DNA of 64,000 nt. Source: Eukaryota sp. TZLM1-RC. Its lineage: Eukaryota; Protista; Metamonada: BaSk clade. Location: assembly GCA_040285825.1 (NCBI GenBank), contig JAUPSS010000011.1, forward strand, positions 755,658 through 819,657, read 5' to 3'. The translations under genes and the position numbers were made by a program. Positions 14,501-26,937 of this stretch are shown piece after piece. The number at the start of each line of letters is the position of its first letter. Position 1 is the first letter of the stretch. The notes below the pieces were generated by a model, which was given only the letters and a program-made list of their open reading frames with translations, searched no databases and was not told the origin of the DNA.

Positions 14501-17500
14501 ACATAGCCAACATTACTCACACACATTTTCACACAAATTTTGATCACAAGTTGATCACATCTAGTACATAAGGACTACATGCAACTCACCTAATCATACC
14601 AATGACCATTCAACCAATCATACCAATGACTACTCAAATGACCATAGCACGGACGTTAACACCACAATTGTTATAATAATTGTCCCAAAATGGACTTTAA
14701 AGATTTGACCAACGATTGTAATAAACAACCATTGGTCAATATACGAAACTAGGAACTTCATATGAGCCTCAGTAAATCGTATCAAAAACGATACTCTTAC
14801 ACTTACAGCAATTGTTTTATTAGTTTACAACATTCAATTGTATACTTTTTGATTTTTATTTTTTTACAATTTAACGTTTAAAAATTAATAAACTCAAGTT
14901 CAAATATATACAAAATCAATTGAAAATGTAATCACGATTTTGTACTGATCAAGTAACACATAGCCAACATTACTCACACACATTTTCACACAAAGTTTGA
15001 TCACAAGTTGATCACATCTAGTACATAAGGACTACATGCAACTCACCTAATCATACCAATGACCATTCAACCAATCATTCCAATGACTACTCAAATGACC
15101 ATAGCACAGATTTTAACACCACAATTGTTATAATAATTGTCCCAAAATGGACTTTAAAGATTTGACCAACGATTGTAATAAACAACCATTGGTCAATATA
15201 CGAAACTAGGAACTTCATATGAGCCTCAGTAAATCGTATCAAAAACGATACTCTTACACTTACAGCAATTGTTTTATTAGTTTACAACATTCAATTGTAT
15301 ACTTTTGATTTTTTACTTTTTTACAATTTAACGTTTAAAAATTAATAAACTCAAGTTCAAATATATACAAAATCAATTGAAAATGTAATCACGATTTTGT
15401 ACTGATCAAGTAACACATAGCCAACATTACTCACACACAATTTCACACAAAGTTTGATCACAAGTTGATCACATCTAGTACATAAAGACTACATGCAACT
15501 CATCTAATCATACCAATGACCATTCAACCAATCATACCAATGACTACTCAAATGACCATAGCACGGACGTTAACACCACAATTGTTATAATAATTGTCCC
15601 AAAATGGACTTTAAAGATTTGACCAACGATTGTAATAAACAACCATTGGTCAATATACGAAACTAGGAACTTCATATGAGCCTCAGTAAATCGTATCAAA
15701 ACGATACTCTTACACTTACAGCAATTGTTTTATTAGTTTACAACATTCAATTGTATACTTTTGATTTTTATTTTTTTACAATTTAACGTTTAAAAATTAA
15801 TAAACTCAAGTTCAAATATATACAAAATCAATTGAAAATGTAATCACGATTTTGTACTGATCAAGTAACACATAGCCAACATTACTCACACATTTTCACA
15901 CAAATTTTGATCACAAGTTGATCACATCTAGTACATAAGGACTACATGCAACTCACCTAATCATACCAATGACCATTCAACCAATCATACCAATGACTAC
16001 TCAAATGACCATAGCACGGACGTTAACACCACAATTGTTATAATAATTGTCCCAAAATGGACTTTAAAGATTTGACCAACGATTGTAATAAACAACCATT
16101 GGTCAATATACGAAACTAGGAACTTCATATGAGCCTCAGTAAATCGTATCAAAAACGATACTCTTACACTTACAGCAATTGTTTTATTAGTTTACAACAT
16201 TCAATTGTATACTTTTTGATTTTTTATTTTTTTTACAATTTAACGTTTAAAAATTAATAAACTCAAGTTCAAATATATACAAAATCAATTGAAAATGTAA
16301 TCACGATTTTGTACTGATCAAGTAACACATAGCCAACATTACTCACACACATTTTCACACAAAGTTTGATCACAAGTTGATCACATCTAGTACATAAGGA
16401 CTACATGCAACTCACCTAATCATACCAATGACCATTCAACCAATCATTCCAATGACTACTCAAATGACCATAGCACAGATTTTAACACCACAATTGTTAT
16501 AATAATTGTCCCAAAATGGACTTTAAAGATTTGTCCAACGATTGTAATAAACAACCATTGGTCAATATACGAAACTAGGAACTTCATATGAGCCTCAGTA
16601 AATCGTATCAAAAACGATACTCTTACACTTACAGCAATAATTTTATTGGTTTGCGACATTCAATTGTATACTTTTTGATTTTTTACTTTTTTTACAATTT
16701 AATGTTTAAAAATTAATAAACTCAATTAATTCAAATATATACAAAATCAATTGAAAATGTAATCATGAGTTTGTACTGATCAAGTAACACATAGCCAACA
16801 CTACTCACACACAATTTCACACAAAGTTTGATCACAAGTTGATCACATCTAGTACATAAGGACTACATGCAACTCATCTAATCATACCAATGACCATTCA
16901 ACCAATCATACCAATGACTACTCAAATGACCATAGCACGGACGTTAACACCACAATTGTTATAATAATTGTCCCAAAATGGACTTTAAAGATTTGACCAA
17001 CGATTGTAATAAACAACCATTGGTCAATATACGAAACTAGGAACTTCATATGAGCCTCAGTAAATCGTATCAAAAACGATACTCTTACACTTACAGCAAT
17101 TGTTTTATTAGTTTACAACATTCAATTGTATACTTTTTGATTTTTTATTTTTTTTACAATTTAATGTTTAAAAATTAATAAACTCAAGTTCAAATATATA
17201 CAAAATCAATTGAAAATGTAATCACGAGTTTGTACTGATCAAGTAACACATAGCCAACATTACTCACACACATTTTCACACAAAGTTTGATCACAAGTTG
17301 ATCACATCTAGTACATAAGGACTACATGCAACTCACCTAATCATACCAATGACCATTCAACCAATCATACCAATGACTACTCAAATGACCATAGCACAGA
17401 TTTTAACACCACAATTGTTATAATAATTGTCCCAAAATGGACTTTAAAGATTTGACCAACGATTGTAATAAACAACCATTGGTCAATATACGAAACTAGG

Positions 17501-18164
17501 AACTTCATATGAGCCTCAGTAAATCGTATCAAAAATGATACTCTTACACTTACAGCAATAATTTTATTGGTTTGCGACATTCAATTGTATACTTTTTGAT
17601 TTTTTACTATTTTTACAATTTAATGTTTAAAAATTAATAAACTCAATTAATTCATATAATATACAAAATCAATTGAAAATGTAATCATGAGTTTGTACTG
17701 ATCAAGTAACACATAGCCAACATTACTCACACACAATTTCACACAAAGTTTGATCACAAGTTGATCACATCTAGTACATAAGGACTACATGCAACTCACC
17801 TAATCATACCAATGACCATTCAACCAATCATACCAATGACTACTCAAATGACCATAGCACAGATTTTAACACCACAATTGTTATAATAATTGTCCCAAAA
17901 TGGACTTTAAAGATTTGACCAACGATTGTAATAAACAACCATTGGTCAATATACGAAACTAGGAACTTCATATGAGCCTCAGTAAATCGTATCAAAAACG
18001 ATACTCTTACACTTACAGCAATAATTTTATTGGTTTGCGACATTCAATTGTATACTTTTTGATTTTTTACTATTTTTACAATTTAATGTTTAAAAATTAA
18101 TAAACTCAATTAATTCATATAATATACAAAATCAATTGAAAATGTAATCATGAGTTTGTATTGA

Positions 18165-20757
18165 AAATCGTATTTATTGAATTTGCACACTTGATTAAAT
18201 TAAATCATAACTAATGGGACGACTATCATTAAACCAAGATTTCCTCTACAAATTCTTGATTTGCTTGCTGTCTAGCTAAAGCTTCTCTAATTCGATTGAA
18301 AAAGCGCGGTAATCTATTAATAATGGCAAATTGAATCCGTGAACGTCATAAAAAAATATCAAATCTTTTCATTGTTTTTTCTTTCACCATTTTTTGGAAG
18401 TCATCCAAAAAAGTTTCTGCTTCAACTAATAATCTTCCATTTATCGAAAATGGGAAAGCAATAAAAACCAGCTGTGTATTTCTATCGACATTTGCATCTT
18501 CAATTTCTTTATCATATTTTCTATGTTTTTCTTTTGCTTTAAAATCCAGAGCAGCCACAGAATTAAGTTTTCTTCTGTGAACCAGAGTATCGTTTGCAAC
18601 ATTACATGAGACAAAGTCAACAATAGCTTCAGAATTATCAATCCAATCACAGTATACATCACCTCTATCATCAGAACCAAAATTATTCAGAGAAAGTGTT
18701 TCCTTCAGCAGGGGCTTTTTGATACACGATATCCTTGCAGTTTGTGCCATATTGAAAACAGTGTCTCTAACAGCATCATGTAATGAAGAACGATAAGTTA
18801 TCAATTTAGAGCAATTTAGAGCATGGCGCAAAGTGAGTTGAGGTGAATTCGAACAAATACATTTTTCTGTTGATAATAATTGGTTAATGGGGATGTTCAA
18901 ATATAATCTCATTTTTGTTACAAATGCTTCATTAGTGGCACACAATCCAAATCTTCGTGGTACAATGGTTACAAAAAGTGAAGAATCTGACGCCTTGTTT
19001 TCACAAACACCCTTTTCCAATAACAATGAGTGAAGATCTTGATTTAAAACAGCCGAGCTGCAAATATTATTATAAAGATCTTTTTCATACATTCCAGTCA
19101 ATCTTTTCTGTAATGTTCGAAGAGTGTACTTCAAATTTAAAACATTTTTTCTGGAATATTGCCATTGAATGATTGGGGAAAACATCGACCCCATTTTTCT
19201 ACATCAATTCTTGAAATTTCTTCATTTAATGCAAAAACAGTGGAACTTTGCGTTGTCATCAATAAATCTTCCCAATCTGCAAATCTTTCGGAAAACTCAA
19301 AGATTGCATTTCTGCATCCACCAACAAAAGCACACGAGGTAAGAATAGAAGCCTTCGTCCACCCTAAACCACCATAATGTGGACTAAGGTAAGCATGATC
19401 TGGAATTTGAAACATTTTACATCCCAGTAATTGAGACAGAACTTTTGCACGTAACTCATTAAACTTTTGAGCCAAAGGCCTAGTGACGAGAGGATTTGTA
19501 GATCGAAATATATGATTAAAATTGGAACTAAAACACAGTCTTATAATGGTAAATTTGATATGTCTCTGTATATCTAAAGTCATCATTCGGTCAATTTTTT
19601 CGAAAATTGAGTTTAACTTTTCAAACAATTCTTTGGTAATTTCATCATTATTTTCTAAAAACGAACCCAAATGACGAATTGCATCAATTGAATATAATTT
19701 GGCTTGAATTTCAATACCATCAACTATTGTAGAAACTGGAGAATTCGATAACAAAACACATTTCAGTAAATTAAGTCGGAGGCCAATTTTGGTAAATAAT
19801 TCTTTAAAACATTTAATTTATTGAATTTGCACACTTGATTAAATTAAATCATAACTAATGGGACGACTATCATTAAACCAAGATTTCCTCTACAAAATCT
19901 TGATTTGCTTGCTGTCTAGCTAAAGCTTCTCTAATTCGATTGAAAAACCTCGGTAATCTATTAATAATGGCAAATTGAATCCGTGAACGCCATAAAAAAA
20001 TATCAAATCTTTTCATTGTTTTTTCTTTCACCATTTTTTGGAAGTCATCCAAAAAAGTTTCTGCTTCAACTGATAATCTTCCATTTATCGAAAATGGGAA
20101 AGCAATAAAAACCAGCTGTGTATTTCTATCGATATTTGCATCTTCAATTTCTTTATCATATTTTCTATGTTTTTCTTTTGCTTTAAAATCCAGAGCAGCC
20201 ACAGGATTAAGTTTTCTTCTGTGAACCAAAGTATCGTTTGCAACATTACATGAGACAAAGTCAACAATAGCTTCAGAATTATCAATCCAATCACAGTATA
20301 CATCACCTCTATCATCAGAACCAAAATTATTCAGAGAAAGTGTTTCTTTCAGCAGGGGCTCTTTGATACACGATATCCTTGCAGTTTGTGCCATATTGAA
20401 AACAGTGTCTCTAACAGCATCATGTAATGAAGAACGATAAGTTATCAATTTAGAGCAATTTAGAGCATGGCGCAAAGTGAGTTGAGGTGAATTCGAACAA
20501 ATACATTTTTCTTTTGATAATAATTGGTTAATGGGGATGTTCAAATATAATCTCATTTTTGTTACAAATGCTTCATTAGTAGCACACAATCCAAATCTTC
20601 GTGGTACAATGGTTACAAAAAGTGAAGAATCTGACACCTTGTTTTCACAAACACCCTTTTCCAATAACAATGAGTGAAGATCTTGATTTAAAACAGCCGA
20701 GCTGCAAATATTATTAAAACATACAGTTGCTTTTTTCACAATATTTAAATAACCAAA
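18165..20757 (-). mobile_element. 5'-truncated RLE retrotransposon (family B), outer copy
   Basis: RT thumb/Zn finger/RLE ORFs 19137-19754 and 18346-19194 (HDAVRD, RGDV, VDF, K..K.RKY). 12-bp TSD AGTTTGTATTGA at 18153-18164 and 20758-20769. Confidence 0.92.
19813..20713 (-). mobile_element. Family B 3' fragment nested inside the outer family B copy
   Basis: Repeats 18172-19071. TSD TTAAAACAT at 19804-19812 and 20714-20722. The outer copy continues afterwards, as in the uninterrupted copy at ~36911-36950. Confidence 0.9.
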
Positions 20758-22051
20758 AGTTTGTATTGACCAAGTAACACATAGTCAACATTATTCACAC
20801 AAAGTTTGATCACAAGTTGATCACATCTAGTACATAAAGACTACATGCAACTCACCTAATCATAGCACTGACCATTCAACCAATCATACCAATGACTACT
20901 CAAATGACCATAGCACGGACTTTAACACCACAATTGTTATAACAATTGTCCCAAAATGGACTGTAAAGATTTGACCAATGATTGTAATAAACAACCTGAC
21001 AATGTTCAAAGATTCAAACGAGAAGGAATTATAATTTCTGAAGCTTGTGTTTAATTTATTCTGTCATTTGTTCAACAAAATCAAATGAATCTATTATTGA
21101 TTCGAAATAGAACCCATTTATTTAAGCTTTAGAAAAAAATTTATTGAGAACACTATCGGAATTGTTCACCAATTAAATGTTATTTGTCTTTGGAGCCACT
21201 TGCAACTAAAGTCCCTCTGCATTTGAGTTCCTGAACGAAAGGCCAAAAATCTTACTAGAGCCCTGGGCTCTGTTTTGCCAAAAGTACAGAAACAAAGCCA
21301 AATTTTGATTACTTCTATAAACGCCAAAAACTTGTCTGATTTTTGTTTTGATTGCTATAATGGAGTTTATCAGTATGACTTTTAGTAAAGTAGAGATGAA
21401 AAGAACATTGGCGAAGATGTAGATGAAGCAATTGATTCTAAAAATTATGTGTTTGGGTAGTTTTAATTGTAGATTGTTATGTTATGCAACCATAGATTAA
21501 TCAAATCTACTGAAGGAAAAATGGCATCATTGTAGTGAAATATGTAAACACTCAAAACGAAAACTTCAATACGTGTTGACCTGTGGATATGGGCTCAAAA
21601 ATAAATATTAATAAAAATGAAATAAATAAAAATATAAATAAAAATAAAAATTACCTAGACACTCTTAACACGTAATTTTGGAGATTACAGAGGATGGATG
21701 GGACTTACCCGATCTTAAAATACGTTATCCATATCAATTGGCATTTCAGGACCAATTATGCATATTCATCCATTATTCTCTATGATAATAAAATAAAATA
21801 ATAATTTTTTTCAGAAAAACAATTATTTACTACATCCATGATTTTAACAAAACAAAGCTTACAGTGAATTACTGCTTTCACATAATATGCACACAACACT
21901 GTCTCCCCTTAATTCGAAGAACTCTTCAATTGGGGATCTTTTGGGTTCAGGTGAGGTTGGGATATTGGTTGAAGCAAAGGATGATATTTCTCCATCACTG
22001 TAAAAAAATCAATTGTAGTCTAAGTCATAAAGGAAGTCACAACAAAATGAG

Positions 22052-22135
22052 CGAGCCTTAGCTCAGTTGGTAGAGCATTCGACTGTAGAAGTTGTAGTTA
22101 TCGAAATGTCCTGGGTTCAATTCCCAGAGGCTCGA
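22052..22135 (+). tRNA. tRNA-Tyr(GTA) with 11-nt intron (22089-22099)
   Basis: Acceptor CGAGCCT/AGGCTCG+A (C1:G72); TTCGA-CT-GTA-G[intron]A-TCGAA; GTTCAATTC T-loop; TTTT terminator. Confidence 0.95.
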
Positions 22136-22322
22136 TTTTGAAATATAGTCTGACAATTTATGTTTCATCAGGAAAGGTCACAAAAATGTACCTAAGTTGT
22201 TTCTATTATAAGAAGTAATTTGAGTCACAAATGACACATTTATTGGAACTTCCGTCAAAAACAATACTACAGAATACTATTTATTTACACACTAAACACA
22301 AAAAAACAATGAAATCCACAAT

Positions 22323-22772
22323 CTAAACAGGAACTTGATAAATAGGTGGTGCAGAAGGATCATTCTGGTACATATGATCATTATAAGCATAACTCCTCGG
22401 TACTTCAGGAACGGCAGTGGGCACATTGGGTTGCGGCACATCAGCGAATAGACTAGTGGTCTCGTTGGGATCTAATGAATGTTGACGTGTACCGCTCAAC
22501 ATTCCACAGATCGGTATGGAAAACATAACAACAACAACGACAAAAGGCATGACACCAAAGGAGGAGTAGAATCCTCCGCTTATGAGAAAAAGAAGAAACA
22601 TGAAGAAAAATAAGCTAATCGTGATGATCACAACTGGTTTGTTTGGTTGTATGGGATGATTAAATGAGCTAGAGAAAGGTGTATTTGCTGTGATAACGGG
22701 TTGTGGACCATAGTTGGCAGCAACATTGTGATGAAGAGAGGGGCTGTAGGCTGATATGTGTATTGAGGTCAT
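22323..22772 (-). CDS. Small membrane protein (~149 aa; two hydrophobic segments, C-terminal PPxY)
   Basis: ATG at 22772 within ORF 22323-22904; VVIITISLFFFMFLLFLI and VMPFVVVVVMFSIPI segments; APPIY near the C-terminus. Confidence 0.6.
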   Translation of the reverse strand: MTSIHISAYSPSLHHNVAANYGPQPVITANTPFSSSFNHPIQPNKPVVIITISLFFFMFLLFLISGGFYSSFGVMPFVVVVVMFSIPICGMLSGTRQHSLDPNETTSLFADVPQPNVPTAVPEVPRSYAYNDHMYQNDPSAPPIYQVPV

Positions 22773-22801
22773 GTTACAGATGATGTCTATAACAATGAAA
22801 T

Positions 22802-22883
22802 AAGTGTCCTTTTTACACCTATGTAGAGGGACTGAGTTTTTGTAAAGTACAAGATTTTCTCCTTGATGCCTTGACTCTCTACA
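22802..22883 (-). ncRNA. Candidate Fanzor omegaRNA scaffold / element right end
   Basis: Directly overlaps and follows the Fanzor stop. Minus-strand stems: UGUAGAG(22883-77)/CUCUACA(22828-22), CAAGG/UCUUG hairpin (22865-22850), AGGUGU/ACACUU hairpin (22820-22802). Confidence 0.45.
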
Positions 22884-25017
22884 AGTATACCTGTCTATCT
22901 CCACCTTTTACATGTTCTTCCATCACCGCCAACATATTCAATGAAGTATTTCGATCTCTTTTCCACAATTTTTCGCATGATTTACACATGGTAAGCCCGT
23001 GACGAATAGACATCTCATGCCTTTTCCATGGCCTAGGTTCTCTGCACCATCGGAATGTTTCAACTATTTTCTCCGCTTTCTTACAGTTGAAACAACAGCA
23101 ACTGGTTCGAAACTCATCAATTAAAAAGACGTTATAACCAGCCTTTTTGAATAGAATTCTCAAACCTTTTCCCAGGGTAGGTTCTTTGAATTTCATGTGT
23201 TTTCGTTGTTCCCAGTCTCCGATTCCATTAATTACTTGACCTGGATCACCGATTACTGATTTGAATCTCTGAATAATTTTCGCCTCAGATCTTGTGCGAT
23301 TAATCTCAGCCCACCATCTTAGTTTCCTAAATATTTTTTGATGATAGGCTTCACCAACAATACTATTCACATAATTCTTTTGTTTAATATACTCCATAAA
23401 TCTATCAAATCTGCAGCTTTTGGAATTGAATTGGGATAATGTTGCCTCCCATTCTGCTTCAGAATTAGTCGTGTGATCATTATTTCTCAAATTTAATGAG
23501 TAATCAATTTCGTGGGGAATATTGATTTCTTGAGGTACTTTTCCTCTTAATAAACTAATTGTTCTTTCAGTCATTTGATTAATTATACTGCTGTTTAAAT
23601 CCATCCTTTGTTGTTGCACTTCTGATGGTTCATAATTGGATCGATCAATCACTCTACCAGTAGAGTTACTTATTGTGATAAGAGTGTGGTTCCGTATGCT
23701 GTCTCTTGTTCTTTGAATTTGGAACTTTTCGACTCAAATCTTCGTTGATTTTGAGTGTACCTGAAATGAACATATTCATCTCTTTCAGGTTTCTTGGAAT
23801 GAGTCATTCCAGTAGCTAAATTGGCAGAAGAATAGAGTAGATCAGATTTCCCAGGATCAGCAGCAGCAAGGGTCTCATCTTGAAATTCTGAAGGATTGAT
23901 GCTGTGATCATCAATATATTTTTCTTTATCTTTCAATTCTTTTGCAGTTAATTTGTATTTTTTCAAGTCAATTCTAGATTGAATGAATGATACTGCTATT
24001 CCATCAGGCTCGATGCTAGACATGATGTACTTTGAACTATCTGAAGAAAATTCAGTGTTTTTAATCTCATCCATTCTCAAAAAGCTATTCCATAAAACCA
24101 AATCAGCAGCTTGATTATTGCACTGGTAGGAGGACTTTAGACCACGAACGTCCTTGAATTTGGCAAAGAACAATTCCAATAAACTTGTCTTGTCAATTCT
24201 GATATACGAGGGAATACAAGAATTCTTCAAAGGCAGAGCATGAAAGAGTTTACTCTCCTCATCTTCTAAATAATTATAATATAAAACATTGCCCTCAAAT
24301 AATAATTTGATTTTGATGAAAACACAAATTTTGAATATTTTCCCCTTTTGCAATTACTGGGAAGTAAAAGAGATTTCCGGTCATTAATGAAAAGCGAAGT
24401 AATTGATGAGACTTTGTTTCTCATTGCAAAAGTTTTGCCATCAATATCTCTACAACCTTCTAGAAGGAGAGATTTAACTTTGCTGATGAATGATGAGAAG
24501 TTTTTCTTATTCTGTTTTTTCAAAACGTTGTTGTTTCTCTTAACATCATAGAAAACATCAACAAACGAATCCAAGTAATCAAAGTAATGCTCTTGGATGT
24601 TATATTTTGAATTCACAATCAGTTTGTCAATTGTGTAATACAAAATATTACTGAGTCCTTTCTTGATAAAAGTTTTGGAACAAGTTTATCTTTAAAGTGT
24701 TGGTTATAGAATTCCAACAACGGGGCACAGCGAGAACTTTGCATTGGGTTAGGGGAACTTTTCTCCTCACTTTGAGACGTGACCAAATAAAAGCGTCAAG
24801 AAAAAATTTCATTTTTGGTAAAATATTATTAGGGTTGAAGTCAAAAAGATGCAAATAATAACCACAAATGAATTCTACATCAACATTAAACCAACATTAG
24901 AAATTTCCTGACACCTAATTACTGCCTCATCGATCACCTCAAGCACCTCGGATCTCTGATGACATTTTTTAGACTGTCCTCATAACCATCATAAGCTTTA
25001 TGTTTAACATTTTCCAT
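22879..25017 (-). pseudogene. Fanzor1 (eukaryotic TnpB-family RNA-guided RuvC nuclease), ~700 codons, broken into 5-6 frames
   Basis: RuvC-I AADPGKSDLL; FRYTQNQRRFE; FRKLRW; GDW..EPTLGKG; RuvC-II LIDEFRTS+CFNC; HGLTMCKSC; RuvC-III RDRN; C-terminal R.VYL. N-terminal pieces (SLKNVI, NIQEHYFDY) resemble Fanzor1 N-termini. Putative ATG at 25017. Confidence 0.88.
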
Positions 25018-25878
25018 AAATTGGTGATTGTAAAAAGAAATTAAATAATTTCATGGTTAAATTTGTATACCTCAAACAATAAACTGCAACTGCAGTTATT
25101 CTTTGGGATAAGAAAAAATCTGAGAAGGGATCATTTTCTTGAACCTTCCAATACTTTGCAAAATACTGAGGATCAAGGGCAATTTTACTTTCCCCTAATA
25201 AAATTTTAGAAACTGTGTTTAGTTTGCGTGGTTGATAATAATTTGTGTAAATACTACAAGTATCAACAACAAATCGACCAGCAATTAAGGGGTTCAAGTG
25301 TTTGTGATTCAATTCTATTAAATTTAAGTTGTAGTGATAAACCCATTCACTAGCATCAATTTCAACCTTAAAAAGGTCCTCATTTTCAGAACGTTTCCTA
25401 ATATGTTGGATGTCAAATTTGACAATACTGAAACCACATATTATATGAGGATTATAAGATCCTAAAATTTTTTAAATGATGTTAGCAATTCTTGTTCAGA
25501 GGAATAATGATATAAAGTGATATTTTCATCATCAACTTTGCAATAATGTTCATTTTGTGTTGTTGACTTTTCTACAAGATCGCAAAAACAAAGATTTAAT
25601 TCAATCTGTTCTCGAGTAAAAATACGAGAAACGGAATTTGCAACAATCTTTCTTGTAGATTGACAGTAAGAGATGGAATGTTCTCTTGCAGAAATGACAA
25701 TTATTTCATCCTCATCACTGAGCTTATTACCCAACACCAAAGTTTCAATAACAAAATGTAAAATTCTGAGAGTAAATTGTGATTTTACATTGAATGGTGT
25801 CACTAAAGGGAATTTGTATCGAGTCAGCGGATTTTCATTGAAGAGTGTTTTTACACGTTTCAAAGTGTTATTATACAT
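25004..25878 (-). pseudogene. Family-B DNA polymerase 3'-5' exonuclease (DEDDy) domain, apparently inactivated, with no polymerase domain
   Basis: ExoI-like LRILHFVIET; SEQELL..F; after a -1 shift at ~25465, ExoII-like PHIICGFSIVKFDIQHIRKR in frame with GRFVVD...KLNTVSKILLGESK and ExoIII-like AVYCLRY. Confidence 0.75.
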
Positions 25879-26399
25879 CAGTTACCGATCAATACCTTGA
25901 TGAATCAATTACTATTTTTAATCACACTTTGTGTGATTTACTCTAGTCAAAAATCTGCGTTAAGCAAATCGCAATAGTTCATACCACTAATGATAATGTT
26001 TACACAATTCTTTTTGTTCGATTGATTCAAACATCTCAATTATTAGAACATTCGTAGTTCATTTAGGATAACGTTGCTACACACAATGAAATTGATTCAT
26101 TTTTTTCTAAATTTCACAGATTTTACTTTTGTTCAAAATTATCACAGCTCCTGGCCTAGATTGTTCTCCATTGATAACTCTACACTCATCTCTACACCAA
26201 TCTACACTACCTAGAACACTAGTTAATTTGAGGTATTGAGTTAAAAAATTGCAACAATAATTAACAATAACTTGTGAGGGCTTGGATTTTAATGTTCGTC
26301 TTAACTCGGCCAAAAAAATAATCCCGTTTTCGCAAATTTTCTGTTAAATGCCCAAAACAGTTGCTCTTCGTGTTTAATTACTCAGATTCTTCTATTTTC

Positions 26400-26937
26400 T
26401 TCGAATTTTCTTGTACAATGCGCCTTCGTTGGTTTTATTTGGCCTGATAACGTGCCTCATAATTTGATTTGTAAATGTGGATCAAAAATTTCTCCAAATC
26501 ATTTATTCAATTGTAAACATTTTATTACTTTCCGATCAAAAGTTCATGATGCATTAAGAGATCAACTCTATTGTATGTCAAAATCACTGTTTCCTATTTA
26601 GAACCATTACTTTCCCGTCTGGTTGATGAAGACACTTTGAATTCGTTTGGTCGAAATAGACGTGATTTAATGCTTGAAGGTCTTGAAGGTACTTCCATTG
26701 TTACAGATGTGAGATCTACTGATGTATGTAATTATTCTTTTATTCAAATGGCTCAATCAAAATAAAGAGACCCCTTAACTGTCTCCGAAAAAGACAAAAC
26801 TTCTTTTTTACGTAATCATTTTTTTGTAGCACAAAATTGGGAGGCCTAGATTTTCACAAATCTAAATATTTGTGTAAAGCTGCCTTTATTGGTGGAGGCA
26901 AAAATTTCATTTTTGAATTTTTGAATCGTTTTCCTGA
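26400..26937 (+). mobile_element. Scrambled RLE retrotransposon fragments (Zn finger/RLE, then thumb)
   Basis: WPDNVPHNLICKCG, CKHFITFRSKVHDA, RRDL, DVRS; then GGGKNFIFEFLNRFPE. Confidence 0.75.

Larger units (their letters stand above)
1..20996. repeat. Tandem array of ~461-bp AT-rich monomer (~28 units, interrupted by 5 retroelement insertions; continues beyond the left edge)
   Basis: Near-identical units recur every 459-463 bp (e.g. GAGCCTCAGTAAATCG, AATCATACCAATGAC x2, TGATCACA x2). The last partial unit is 20758-20996. Confidence 0.98.

Noticed and set aside
387-18043. Repeated 67-aa minus-strand ORF (MLQTNIT...)
   Set aside because: Non-ATG start, lost in many monomer variants, no recognisable motifs; a by-product of the satellite.
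1-20996. CRISPR array, or 5S/U2 gene array
   Set aside because: Units are fully repeated with no unique spacers, there are no cas genes, and I see no recognisable 5S or U2 sequence.
22782-22801. Fanzor guide targeting the satellite (shared ATTGTTATA)
   Set aside because: Only a 9-nt AT-rich match; expected by chance.
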